A stretch of DNA of 42,151 nt from Halocafeteria seosinensis (taxonomy: Eukaryota). The notes under the pieces were generated by a model that had not been told where the DNA came from, did not search any database, and worked only from the letters and a program-made list of their open reading frames with translations. A program made the translations under genes and the position numbers. The stretch spans positions 1 to 42,151 of the forward strand of contig LVLI01000142.1 of the NCBI GenBank assembly GCA_001687465.1, read 5' to 3'. Of this stretch, positions 1 to 12,856 are shown one piece after another (positions within the stretch are counted from its first letter, which is position 1; each line of letters begins with the position of its first letter).

Positions 1-1279
1 ATATTTCACCAAATCAAGTTGCAAAAGTGCTTTCAATTGAAAAAAATACTCCTGCTAATTCTAGAATCATATCTTTCGAATAAAATCCAGTAGAAAATGG
101 AAATCCTTCCAAAGCAGCCGAACCAATTGCCATACACGAACAAGTAAATACTAAGAAATCTGAAAGACCCCCCATTTTTCGCATATCTTGTTCATCGGCC
201 ATACCATGAATAACTGATCCCGCAGATAAAAATAATAAAGCTTTAAAGAAAGCATGATTAGATAAATGGAAAAAACTTACATTATAATTAGAAACTCCTG
301 AAACAAATAACATATACCCTAATTGACTACAAGTTGAATATGCGATTACTCTTTTTAAATCATTTTGCGCTAACCCTGTTGTCCCCGCCAGGAAAGCAGT
401 AAATGCACCTAGTATTGTAATTATAAAAGATACATTAGGAGTATATTGAAAAGCATAAGAACAACGAGACACTAAAAAAATCCCTGCAGTAACCATTGTT
501 GCTGCATGAATTAATGCTGATACAGGTGTAGGACCTTCCATTGCATCAGGTAATCAGGTGTGTAATCCAACCTGAGCAGATTTTCCTACACATCCAATTA
601 ATAAAAAAAAACATGCTAAACTTAATGCATTAATTTCAATATTCCTAAAAATCATTGTTTTTTCATTTATTTCAGCAGTTAAACTAAAAATACTTGTATA
701 ATCTAATGTTTTGAATATATAAAAAAAAATAAATATTCCTAAAGCTAACCCAAAATCTCCAATCCGATTTATGATCATTGCTTTAATAGCTGCTTTATTT
801 GCTTGAATTCGTTGAAACCAAAAATTTATTAGTAAATAAGAACATAAACCAACACCTTCTCAGCCTAAAAACATTTGTAATAAATTTCCAGCTAAAACTA
901 ACATAATCATAAAAAAAGTAAATAAAGATAAATAAGAGATAAACCTAGGAATATGTGGATCTTCATTCATATATTCAATTGAATAAAAATGGACACATAA
1001 AGATATTGATGTAATAACAATTAACATCATTGATGTTAACGGATCAAATAAAAAATTTCATGATATTTTTATTACAGTTGTATTAATTCAATTTCCTAAA
1101 TCAATGTAACATAAATTTCCTTGCAGAACAATATCATAAAAAATTCAGTACGCTAATAAAGTTGTTAAAACCATGTTAATAATTCCAATTTGTAATAATG
1201 TTTGAAGACGTAGACGGTGTCCTAAAAATCCTAAAATGATACTATTTAATAGTGGAAGGTAAACTATAAGTAAATACAT
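1..1279 (-). CDS. nad5: NADH dehydrogenase subunit 5 (5' part; runs off the window start)
   Basis: ATG at 1279 ([11 protein letters not shown]) is in frame with track ORFs 554..778 and 14..541. With TGA=W it gives [62 protein letters not shown] and [13 protein letters not shown]. Confidence 0.98.
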
Positions 1280-1282
1280 CCA

Positions 1283-1380
1283 ATTTTTAATTTCTATAAA
1301 ACATATTAATTTCGATTAATTACATTAATGGGTGAAAAAAGATTGCTCATTTTGTCATCACAAAGCGAACAATTATAAAC
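1283..1380 (-). rRNA. Candidate mitochondrial 5S rRNA, AT-rich and apparently circularly permuted
   Basis: The ~100-nt spacer between rps13 and nad5 pairs by eye on the minus strand. It has a long G-U-containing hairpin and a helix CA/UUAAU...AUUAA(UA)UG with a 2-nt 3' bulge and a 13-nt loop ending UCGAA (helix III / loop C-like). Its ends are also complementary. Confidence 0.5.
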
Positions 1381-1381
1381 T

Positions 1382-1750
1382 TTATTTCTTTTTTTTTGAT
1401 TTAATAATAGAACGTAAACGTTTATAAGAACGAGCATTTGAATGGGTTCGTTGACCACGTACTGGCAAAGCGTTTCGGTGTCTAAAACCTCTATAAGACC
1501 CATTTTGTTGTAAAAATCTGATCTGTTGTTCTTTTTCTTTTTTCTTTTTTTCTCCAACAATAAAGTTTCGTTCAATAAAATCAATAATTTCAATTTGTTC
1601 ATTTTTAGTTAATTTTTCTCACCGTAATTTTGGATTTAAGTTTAATTTTTTACAAATTTGTAAACCTTGATTTTTTTCCAAACCATATATGGATGTTAAA
1701 CTATAAACAATCTTTTTCTTATTTTGTATTTCAAATCCGGATATTTGCAT
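1382..1750 (-). CDS. rps13: Mitochondrial ribosomal protein S13 (122 aa; missed by the ORF track because of an internal TGA)
   Basis: Manual translation: MQISGFEIQNKKKIVYSLTSIYGLEK...ICKKLNLNPKLR(W=TGA)EKLT...GSYRGFRHRNALPVRGQRTHSNAR...KKKK*. It contains the S13 signature YRGxRHxxxLPVRGQRTxxNAR. Confidence 0.97.
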
Positions 1751-1783
1751 ATATTTATTCAAATCTTTTTTTAATTAAAATCA

Positions 1784-2593
1784 ATGTACTTATCAAGAAT
1801 TCAATTAAATAAAAAAAAATTGAAATCCAAAATATCTACTGATAAAGGTAGAAATAATCAGGGAAAAATTACTGTTAGACATCGAGGGGGAGGCCATAAA
1901 AAATTATCTAGAAAAATTGAAAAAAATTTTAACAATATTTCAAAGGGATTAGTTTTAAATATTGAATATAATCCTTACCATTCTAACTTTTTAGCTCGAG
2001 TTCTTTACCGAAAAAATAATACTTTTAAATACTATTATATACCATGTAATAATAAATTAAATGTTTTACAACATATATGACCTGTTACGGACAATTTAAA
2101 ACCTAATAAGCTTTATAACGAAGGATATCCATTCTTTTTAAAAAATTTATCTGTAGGAGATCTTATTTGTAATATTGAAAAATATCCTAATCAAGGTAGT
2201 ACATTTGCACGTTCCGCAGGAACGTATGGTCAAATTGTTGAATTTAATGCAAAAAAAAAAGGTCTAGTTTGTATTCAATTACCATCAAAAGAACAATATT
2301 ATATTTCTGAAAATTGTACTGCTATTTTAGGACGAAATGCAAATCGATTGTATCAGAATTTACAAAAATGAAAGGCAGGAACTTCCCGTAACATTGGTAA
2401 AAGACCCAATATTAGGGGAGTTGTAATGAATCCCGTTGATCATCCTCATGGGGGTGGTGAAGGTAAAACATCTACAAAACGACCTCCGGTAACGCCAGAA
2501 GGATTTCTTACAAAAGGTGTGCCAACGCGTAAACCTAAAAAAAATAATTTTTTTATAGCATTAAGCCGTAAATACGCCAATAAAAAGAATTAA
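1784..2593 (+). CDS. rpl2: Mitochondrial ribosomal protein L2 (269 aa)
   Basis: Motifs [37 protein letters not shown] and [19 protein letters not shown]. Two internal TGA read as Trp; TAA stop at 2591-2593. Confidence 0.97.
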
Positions 2594-2596
2594 TTT

Positions 2597-2857
2597 ATGG
2601 GACGTTCTGTTTGAAAAGAAAAATATGTACCAAATAATTTATTACAAATATTAAATAATAAAAAAAAAATTAATGGTTTGAAAATATTTTCTCGTTCAGC
2701 TACTATTTTGGAACCTTTTGTTGGTTATGAAGTTCAAATTCATAATGGAAAATCGTTTAAAAAACTTAAAATTAAAAAAGAAATGGTAGGTTATAAATTT
2801 GGAGAATTTGCATGAACAAGAAAATATCCTGAACACAAAAAAAAGAAAAAAAAATAA
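2597..2857 (+). CDS. rps19: Mitochondrial ribosomal protein S19 (86 aa)
   Basis: MGRSV(W=TGA)K...FSRSATI...IHNGKSF...MVGYKFGEFA(W)TRK; sits between rpl2 and rps3. Confidence 0.96.
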
Positions 2858-2863
2858 AATAGG

Positions 2864-5809
2864 ATGGGACAAAAAGTACATTCAATAGGTTTAAGATTAG
2901 GAACAAATAGAAAATGAAAATCAAGTTGATTTTGTGATTTAAATAATTACGGAAAATTTTTACATCAAAATTTACAAATTGAAAAATTTATAAAAACTTT
3001 TTTATTATTGCAGCCTAAAAAGTCAATCTTAGTTGATTGTAAAATATTAAAAAGTTCAAATGAAACTCTTTATATTTTTGTTTGATTTTATAAGTATCGT
3101 AAAAGTTCTCAAATAAATTTAACGGGGAGACGATTAAAATCAATTCACCAGGAATCTGAATCTCAACGAAAGCATGTTTTTCCATTTCCAAAATATATAG
3201 ATTCCAATAAACCAAGAAATAAATTAGATTCATTTAATTCGAACTCAAAAAGATTATCTAAGACAATCAAATCAGTTAATTTTTTTCAAAAAAAATTTGA
3301 TAGACAATTTAAAACTGATGCAAAGTTAGAATTATTTCAAATGAATGAAAATTTGATTTATAATAAAATAAGATTATTACGTAAAAAGTTATCTTTTCTT
3401 CAACTTTTTTTAAAAAATAATCAATTAAATAACCAATATATTTCTTGATATAAATTGAAATTGGTTAGTAATCGAATAAATAAAATTTGATTAAATATAT
3501 TTTTTTATCAACAATTATTATTAAAATGAAATAAATTTGATTTATCAAGTTCTCAAAGTAAATTATGAAATCAAATTATTAAACGATACAAAAAAAAATT
3601 AATTTTTAATCAAGTCCTTAAAAAAAATAAATCTTTACAATTTTATTTTTTTAAAATAAAAATCAATTCTTATAAACAACAGCAAAAAAACTGAATTAAT
3701 TTACAGTCAATTAAATCTCTTAAAAAAATTCATCGGTATATTCTTAGAATATTTTGTTTTAAAAATTCGTATAATAATAAAAAATCTTTAGTAAAAAAAG
3801 GTTTTATAAATCTTTATAAAAATTTATTTCAATATCAAATTCGATATGATTCTAATTTACAAAAATTATTTAAAAAAGAACTATATCAAAGAAATCAAGA
3901 GAAGTTTAATAAAAATGAATATTTAATTCCAACGTCTAAATCTTTGAAAAAAAATTTAAAAGGAAATTTACGTCCTGGACATTCTTCGAACCAGTTTAAA
4001 TTAAATATAAAAATTATAAACGGAAATCAATTTTTATTTTTAGATAAATTTTATTTTAATTTAATCTTACGAAATAATTTGAATAAACTTAATTCTAATA
4101 ATAATGGCTCATCAAATATTAATTATTTTATTAATAACTTAAAAAAGATATTGTTTTTAAAAACTAATTTTTTATTGAGTTCAAATTCAATTCCGGTATT
4201 TTTAACTTTATACCGAAAAAATTTTAAAAAATATATTCAACAAAGATTAAAATTACACCTAAAATTTCTTTATACAGCGTTTACTAATTATAATAAGAAT
4301 TTATGTTCCAAGGAAAATTGATTAAAGTTCTTGAATTTTTATGTACAGGAAAATTTCAAAAAACTTAATTTTAAACCAATATTTTATAATTTAGAGGAAA
4401 ATAAAAAAATTTTATATACGTATTCATTACAAAGAATCAAATTAAATATTTGAACCTATCTTTATTTTTATCATTTCCAAAAAAGATGATTTTTACAAAA
4501 TTGTCTAAATAAGATTAATTATAATTCCAATAATCGTTTAGAATCGGTAAATAACTTTTGAAATTTTAATATATCGAAAAAGTTACAAAATACATTACTA
4601 AAAAAAAAACTATTTATTTGAAAAGAATTAAGAAAAAATTATCAAATTATTCATAATATTTTAACTAAATGAAATACTTATAAAAAAACTTATTTAAATT
4701 CATTTTTCTCAAAAATTAAACAAAGATTTTCATCATCAATTTTTAATAAACGCCATAAAACCTTTTATAAACAATATGTTTTGCGCAACTTATATAAAAA
4801 TTTAACTAGATCCCGACAAGATGCATTAGTTAATTTAAATCAATTATTGTTTTTAACACAAAACACAAATTTTGTTAAAGAAATTATAAAATCCTCAAAA
4901 TTTTCTATTTCACAATCTGATATATTAAATCAACTTAAATTGTTAGTTCCTTTTAATAAAAAACAAGTACGACAGTTAAAACGTTTATTTTTTATGTCAA
5001 TAAAAAAAAAAGAACGTTTTATTAATATTTTGAAAAGTTGGGTTAATGATAACAATAATAATCAATTAAAAATTATCAATAACAACATTCAACAATTTTT
5101 ATCAAAAAAAGAACGAAAAAAATATATATTAAAACAATTAGGAAGTTTGATTACAATTAATACTTTGCAAAAAAATTTACATATTTTAACAAAATTAAAT
5201 ATAAAATTAATTTTTATTAATTCACTAAGTTTTACAAATTTTCAATACTATTATGCTTTACAAAAAAATTTCAATAAAAAAAAACAAAAATCGGTTATTC
5301 AACAAAGAATTAAAAATTTAGAAAAGATTACCAAAAATTTTGTTCGCCGTTGACGTAAATTGAGTTTTTGAACTTCGGATTTAGTAAATATTTCTATTAT
5401 CTCAATGTTCTTAAAAAATACAGATTTATTAGCAAGTTTTATTGCATATCAAATAAGTTTTTTACCTAAAAATAAAAAACAAACGGCGTTTTTGAAATTT
5501 TTAACTAAAGTAATATTCAATTTTAAAGGTGAACGTAAAGAAATTGTTGGGTTTAAAATGCGGTTTAAAGGTCGTTTTAATCGTTGAAGTCGGACTAAAA
5601 AATGAATAGCAAATGTAGGAAATTTATGGTTTCAAACGTATAATGTTTGTTTAAATTATAGTTATCATAAGGGTGTAGTTAAAAAAGGAGTTTTCAGTAC
5701 TCAAATTTGATTACAATATAAAAAAGACTTTGTTAATATATTAAAAACTAATTCATTAACATATTTTAACTATTCTAAAGTTAAAACTTTTAAAAATACA
5801 TTACAATAA
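2864..5809 (+). CDS. rps3: Mitochondrial ribosomal protein S3, giant (981 aa) with a very large internal insertion
   Basis: N-terminus MGQKVHSIGLRLGTNRKWKSSWF; C-terminal S3 domain LLASFIAYQI...GFKMRFKGRFNRWSR...KGVFSTQIWL. The frame has no TAA/TAG from 2864 to 5809 and joins track ORFs 3944, 4781 and 5405. Confidence 0.93.
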
Positions 5810-5815
5810 TTAATT

Positions 5816-6238
5816 ATGTTACAACCTAAAAAATATAAATTTTTAAAAAAACAAAAAGGTCGAATTAAAGGCTGTTTTGAAAATCGATCGAATACTTTAA
5901 AATTTGGTATTTTTGGAATTCAGGCATTAGAAGCAGGGAAATTAACGGCTAGACAAATTGAAGCAATACGTCGAACAATTACAAATTTGACAAAGCGGGA
6001 AGCAAAAATTTGGATTCGAGTTTTTCCTGATTTTCCAGTTACAGCAAAACCAACTGAAATTCGAATGGGTCGTGGAAAAGGAAGTGTTGATCAGTGAGTT
6101 TGTAAAGTTAATAAAGGTCGTATTTTATTTGAAGTGACTGGAAAAAATTTAAATGTTATTCAAAATATATTAAATTATACAAAAATTAAATTTCCATTTA
6201 AAGTCCAAATTATTAATCGATCAACAGATCTTGAATAA
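5816..6238 (+). CDS. rpl16: Mitochondrial ribosomal protein L16 (140 aa)
   Basis: MLQPKKYKFLKKQKGR...FGIFGIQALEAGKLTARQIEA...IWIRVFPDFPVTAKPTEIRMGRGKGSVDQ(W=TGA)VCKVNKGRILFE; TAA stop at 6236-6238. Confidence 0.98.
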
Positions 6239-6252
6239 AAATATTATTTTAA

Positions 6253-6326
6253 GGGCTTATAGTTCAATCGGTTAGAACGCACCGCTCATAACGGTGTTGT
6301 TATAGGTTCAAGTCCTATTAAGCCCA
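6253..6326 (+). tRNA. trnI: tRNA with CAT anticodon, most likely lysidine-type tRNA-Ile(CAU); elongator Met not excluded
   Basis: Cloverleaf with acceptor stem GGGCTTA/TAAGCCC, anticodon arm CACCG-CTCATAA-CGGTG and T arm ATAGG-TTCAAGT-CCTAT. It lacks the three G-C pairs of an initiator anticodon stem. From memory it closely resembles plant/protist mitochondrial trnI(cau). Confidence 0.9.
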
Positions 6327-6328
6327 AC

Positions 6329-6480
6329 ATGAAACGTTTTGAAAATCTTGAAAAAACACAACAAAAAACAAGAAGTTTATCATTAGAATATGCAATTTTC
6401 GTGAAACAAATGTTTCCTTCAATTAAAATTTATGCCCAGGGACAGGATTTATATATAAAAACTAGTCCAAAAAATATTTG
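6329..6480 (+). pseudogene. nad9: 5' fragment of a probable NADH dehydrogenase subunit 9, cut at the mito-nuclear junction
   Basis: AT-rich ORF starting 3 nt after the tRNA. EYAIFVKQMFPSIKIYAQGQDLYIKTSPKNI resembles the Nad9 N-terminus. The frame runs into mid-GC sequence and stops at 6520 before any strongly diagnostic motif. Confidence 0.55.
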
Positions 6481-7654
6481 GAAGTCCACGTCAGTCAGTG
6501 GTCAGTGTGGTACCAAATAGTGGTGCCAGAGGACCGGTTTGGAAGCAGCCTCATTTGGATAGTAGAGGAAGACATGGTTACCGAGAAGATATCATACTGG
6601 TTGTGATGTCACTCTTCGACTCCTGAAAGACACAGCATAAGTTAGTTTCCGGTTTCGAAACCTGGAATACCGTGAAGATACGGCCGCATGGTATGCAGCG
6701 TTTTGACCCTTGGTTGAACAAACGCCTGCAATATTACACTTCCATTATCATCATAGATTAAGGATTGAGGATGAAGTGAGAAAAATGTGATAGTATGTGT
6801 CGGGGAAACTACCCTGAGTACAGTGGATTCAACAGCTTTATTCAGGCAAAGAAGAGGAGCTAGAGCAGTGTCAGAGCAGTTTCGTATAAGTTTTCATCTC
6901 ACTGTGTGACGCTTGTATCTCTGCATTAACATGCGCGTAGCTCCATGGGGAAATTCCGGATGCCAATCCACGGTAGACTTGCGAGATGAAGGCAGTGGAA
7001 AAATGGGGTACCATATTGCGATCTCAGGTGAATTCATCGTCGATAAGGAGTTTGCACGATGTATTGCACGACATAGATAGAGATTTTGTATACGTGGTCT
7101 AGCGCGGATCTGTGGAGTCATAAAATAAAGAGCCGACGAAACTTTACCGCTGGTTGTGGTGCCGCGGCGCTGCCGCCCTCTGACTTGCAGGAGACGTCCG
7201 AGTTTTGAGATTTTGGCTTCAAAATCTTTCCTTTGGTGTCGCCGGTGACGGTGAGAGCAAGTGTGCCGACTCAAGAAAGTTATCACGCAGCAAGTTACTG
7301 TCTGTAACCTGGTGTCGTCGAGCACATGCATGTATGCCAACCGAGATCAAGTGCCTTATCTCGCCTAACTTTTTGTTGTTGAATGCATGCGCGTATGTTG
7401 GACATGTTGGAGATCAAGTATCCTTTATAGTCATAACATTGGGTTGCTTCCCCGGTTCTCCCAAGATTCTGGGCCGAGATGCTCGAGGGCAATCCTCTCG
7501 TTGTACCTTAGGGGGGCATACTCTCCTCGAGACGCCATATTTACTCGACAACGTTGCACTATTGATCTGGAAGCAGCTAGCAAATCACCCCCGAATCCCA
7601 CCTTAGTAATACGCGAATCGTGACAAATGGGGCACGCGAGTCTACCGGTACTTG

Positions 7655-9067
7655 CTACGGACTCAGGAATACCAATACAGAGAACAAGACAGCCCCTACA
7701 AGTGGCGCCACGGTGGAATAGCGTCCGGCTAAGGACAAAACCCGCGCTAGAGGTAGTGGCACTAAAGCTGCAAAAACCCCCAAAACCATCAGAGTTGCAA
7801 ACCATAAGAAGATATGCTCCCATGAGCTCAGCTGCGCATAATATGCGCCAGTAAACCCTAGAAGCAACAATTCCCCAGCTGTGCGTATGAACCTACCAGA
7901 TGAAAACTTCGGGACATTATCCCACGATCGCACTGAGAGACAGTCACCAACTACAATAGTGGCAAAACTTCCAATGAATCCCCAGAACAATAATTCATGG
8001 GGCCAGACGGCGTTGATCAATAGAATTATCGCTGGTATTGCTAGCGATCCGTAGATAAAGTCGGCAGTAACAGACATGGAATCCCGTCCTATCGATAGAA
8101 GAGGCTGCAGCACCACAATTTCTACAAATTTAAATGCAGCAATGCTCCATACCCAACCACCGAAAGAAGCCAGTTGAGCCACAAATAGACCTCCGACAAT
8201 AGCTTCGGATTGCGTGGCCGTAAAACGGTACACTTTCCATAATATAAAGGCCGTGCCAAGTGCGATAGCAGCCAATAGCTGTCTCTTGTATTCCATATGC
8301 TCCGTAACAAACACCAGGGAGGATACACCGGCGACCATAATATAAAAGTTATCCCAGCCCTTCTTTCCGAGCAGCTCCACTACCGTTGTTGTCCACGCTC
8401 CAATCAGTGAGCAGGCGAGGAGATCTTCCGTTGCCCACAAAGTAGATGAGATAATCCTCGTGGAATTCTGCTGCAATCCATACATGGTGATCAAAAGCGC
8501 GCTGCTGAAGAATGCCGCCGTTCCGACTACAGATTTCCTCGATCCATCAACGTAGAAATTCATTGGACTTGGGAACGATCCTCCAACGAGTGCCGCCAGA
8601 GGATCGGAAATGGCCAGTATCAGAATGGCTGTCTTGAACGCGAAGAGACGTCCAACGTCCGTGGACCAGGTGACCAAGAGCGCCGGTATCAGAGCCAACG
8701 GGAAGGTGATGGTTCCGACACTTTCCTTCCGCGCTGCATGGATTCCCGACCACCATTTCCTGCGCCAGGCAATATAGTTCCCCACAACAAACACAATAGC
8801 CACGAGATACACTCCGGTGGGATAACGGAACAATTCCGGTAATTGGGCAATATACAGTCCCACGCCACAATGCACCACCGAGCGCGAAATTTGCGGCGTC
8901 GCTCCAACGCGCAGCAATATCTCTCCCACGAGTACTAAACTCAGTAACACCACCACGGAGGCCCCCAAAGGACGAATATCGGCTTGGAATTCCTGTACAA
9001 GAGTGTCGAGGATCCTTCCGTAGAGTCTCGTCTGGTCAACCACAGCAAACCCGCTAGCGAGCAGCAT
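7655..9067 (-). CDS. Phytol/dolichol kinase-like polytopic membrane protein (CTP-dependent family) with an extra hydrophobic C-terminal half
   Basis: 470-aa hydrophobic, uninterrupted ORF. SRSVVHCGVG, ILAISDPLAALVG, RKSVVGTAAFF and VELLGKKGWDNFYI match the RKxxH, DxxAAxxG, KSxxG and DN motifs. The start codon is uncertain. Confidence 0.8.
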   Translation of the reverse strand: MLLASGFAVVDQTRLYGRILDTLVQEFQADIRPLGASVVVLLSLVLVGEILLRVGATPQISRSVVHCGVGLYIAQLPELFRYPTGVYLVAIVFVVGNYIAWRRKWWSGIHAARKESVGTITFPLALIPALLVTWSTDVGRLFAFKTAILILAISDPLAALVGGSFPSPMNFYVDGSRKSVVGTAAFFSSALLITMYGLQQNSTRIISSTLWATEDLLACSLIGAWTTTVVELLGKKGWDNFYIMVAGVSSLVFVTEHMEYKRQLLAAIALGTAFILWKVYRFTATQSEAIVGGLFVAQLASFGGWVWSIAAFKFVEIVVLQPLLSIGRDSMSVTADFIYGSLAIPAIILLINAVWPHELLFWGFIGSFATIVVGDCLSVRSWDNVPKFSSGRFIRTAGELLLLGFTGAYYAQLSSWEHIFLWFATLMVLGVFAALVPLPLARVLSLAGRYSTVAPLVGAVLFSVLVFLSP

Positions 9068-9509
9068 ACCAGAGTATTGGAGTGCTTTGTTTCTCTCTGT
9101 TAACTGGCGAATTCACGTTACTTCCCCGTAAGCTCAGATTGCCTTAACATTCCAATTGACACACATGGAAGAGGTCAAATACCGACTCGAAACATCACTG
9201 ATACACATGCAAATTGCAATTGTCGTGACTGAATAGTCCCATGATGGGCCACGCAAGTAGGAGCGGGTGAAATCAACTTTAACTACCATATCCAGTTGTC
9301 AGACTTGTGAAGCTCGCGGACTAGCGACCACAAGTGGTGGTGGTACCCGTGGTGGCCAGTACGATTTCTGCACGTCGAGTCAGGCTTCTTCTGGAGACGA
9401 AGGAAATTGACAGCAAGCAAACAGAATAAAGAAGTCCATTCAGAAGATGTGATCTATTCTATTCATCCACAACGGCGGAGACCGTGCATTACTTAATTGG
9501 TACTGTTTT

Positions 9510-11465
<1,956 letters not shown>

Positions 11466-12856
11466 GGCAATGCGATCGGGCTGGGATTGAAATGCTCAGG
11501 TAATGAACCGAAGCAGCGCGTTTATCAAGGCGCACGAATGTACAACATCCACCAGTACAGAAATTATAGTGCCGTACCGGACGGTGTTTTCTATTCTCTG
11601 TGTGCACGGTACAATTCATTTGCCGTACATGTTATGCTTATACGTAGACAACCTAACGGCTGCTTCCCGTAGCTCGCAAGTTGAAGTTGGAGGAGCATTT
11701 GTATTTTTTTGTATATGGCCCGTATGTTAAATATGTACGGTATATATACAGTAGGTCTGTTGGGACTTAACATCCCATTCCAGTTGACTATTCAGGCAAG
11801 CTTTTGTACCATTCTGGCTGCATGATGAACGACACAGACACCAGAGCACTCGGGTCCAGATTTGTCTGACAACTTAGCTGCTACTACATGGTCGGTCTAA
11901 CTGACGCGGTTAAGGGGCACAACCTCTTCGAACAATGTCAAGACAAAACCTATTACAAAAGAGTAGAGAGAGGCGTCCCATGAGGCCTGTAAGAATTGGA
12001 CGAGAGAGCGTTGAGTTACTTGCTCCAGACCACGAATGTGGCGAAACCCTCCTAAATATGATTGGGGAAACTCCATACAGTGTATGCTTGAGGGCGGAAT
12101 CAAGATAAGACAGTTCCAGTTCGTACTTGTTGTTGTTAGTAGTGTATAACTATCTCAGTAAGCGAGAGCCCTGACAGCTCGTTTCCAGTCTTCAGCAAAG
12201 ACTTGTGCTTTTGGTTCTGTCTGTCGCACTCTGTGCAAGTCCACCTTTCAGCAGTTGACTTGACGACATGATGAACTTCGACCTACCTTGCGAAAGGTCG
12301 TAAGGGACAAGTACATACGTAGAGCACTTGTTTATGGTGTGCATGCTTGTAAATCCATACTGCAGTGAAAAAGATAGACGAACAATGAGGGATGCGAAAC
12401 AGATACCATAGGAAGCATGGGAAATCTGTACAAGCAGTTTTGAAGCAGCCAGTCCAGCACCATAAATATCATCTATGGTTCATGGGGCATTCTCGTGTTC
12501 GTATGATACGATATTGTACTGTATAATTTGTACACCAGTTCTAGTGTTTTGAAATTGGATTATCCATGTTCCACTGAAAGAGCACCCACCATAACCAAAA
12601 AACGGAGTGTCGTACATGAAACTTCTCCCAGCACAGCGTTGTTTACGATACTTGCAAGTTGCCCAAAGTGATTGCTGGTCGGTCACTTCTTGGATTTCAG
12701 GTGAGCGATTGCGAACCGAGGATGAACGAAGTACTACGAACCCTATCGGCATTATTATTATTACTACACTGTGTCAGCATTGCCCATGTGCAGCAAAGAA
12801 CAAACATCAGTGCATGAGGAACGTACTCGTACTGGCTGTACTGGGCCGCATTCATG

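Larger units (their letters stand above)
1..6480. other. Mitochondrial-genome segment (TGA=Trp code) joined to nuclear sequence
   Basis: Very AT-rich, tightly packed, intronless respiratory and ribosomal-protein genes in the ancestral rpl2-rps19-rps3-rpl16 order. In-frame TGA occurs at conserved Trp positions. Composition changes sharply near 6480 (boundary approximate). Confidence 0.95.

Noticed and set aside
1306..1602. 98-aa minus-strand ORF in the track (MNKLKLL...)
   Set aside because: Alternative-frame shadow of rps13, which has the true S13 signature when TGA is read as Trp.
3100..5150. Homing endonuclease, group I/II intron or intein within rps3
   Set aside because: No LAGLIDADG, GIY-YIG, RT or intein motifs and no GC-rich intron core were visible.
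14..6097. Fragmented mitochondrial ORFs as evidence of pseudogene decay
   Set aside because: Every break is an in-frame TGA, many at conserved Trp positions, and the frames are continuous.
6520..7650. Possible minus-strand gene (splice-like signals near 6812 and 6624; ORF 6894..7340)
   Set aside because: All frames after the putative acceptor hit stops quickly and no protein motif was recognisable.
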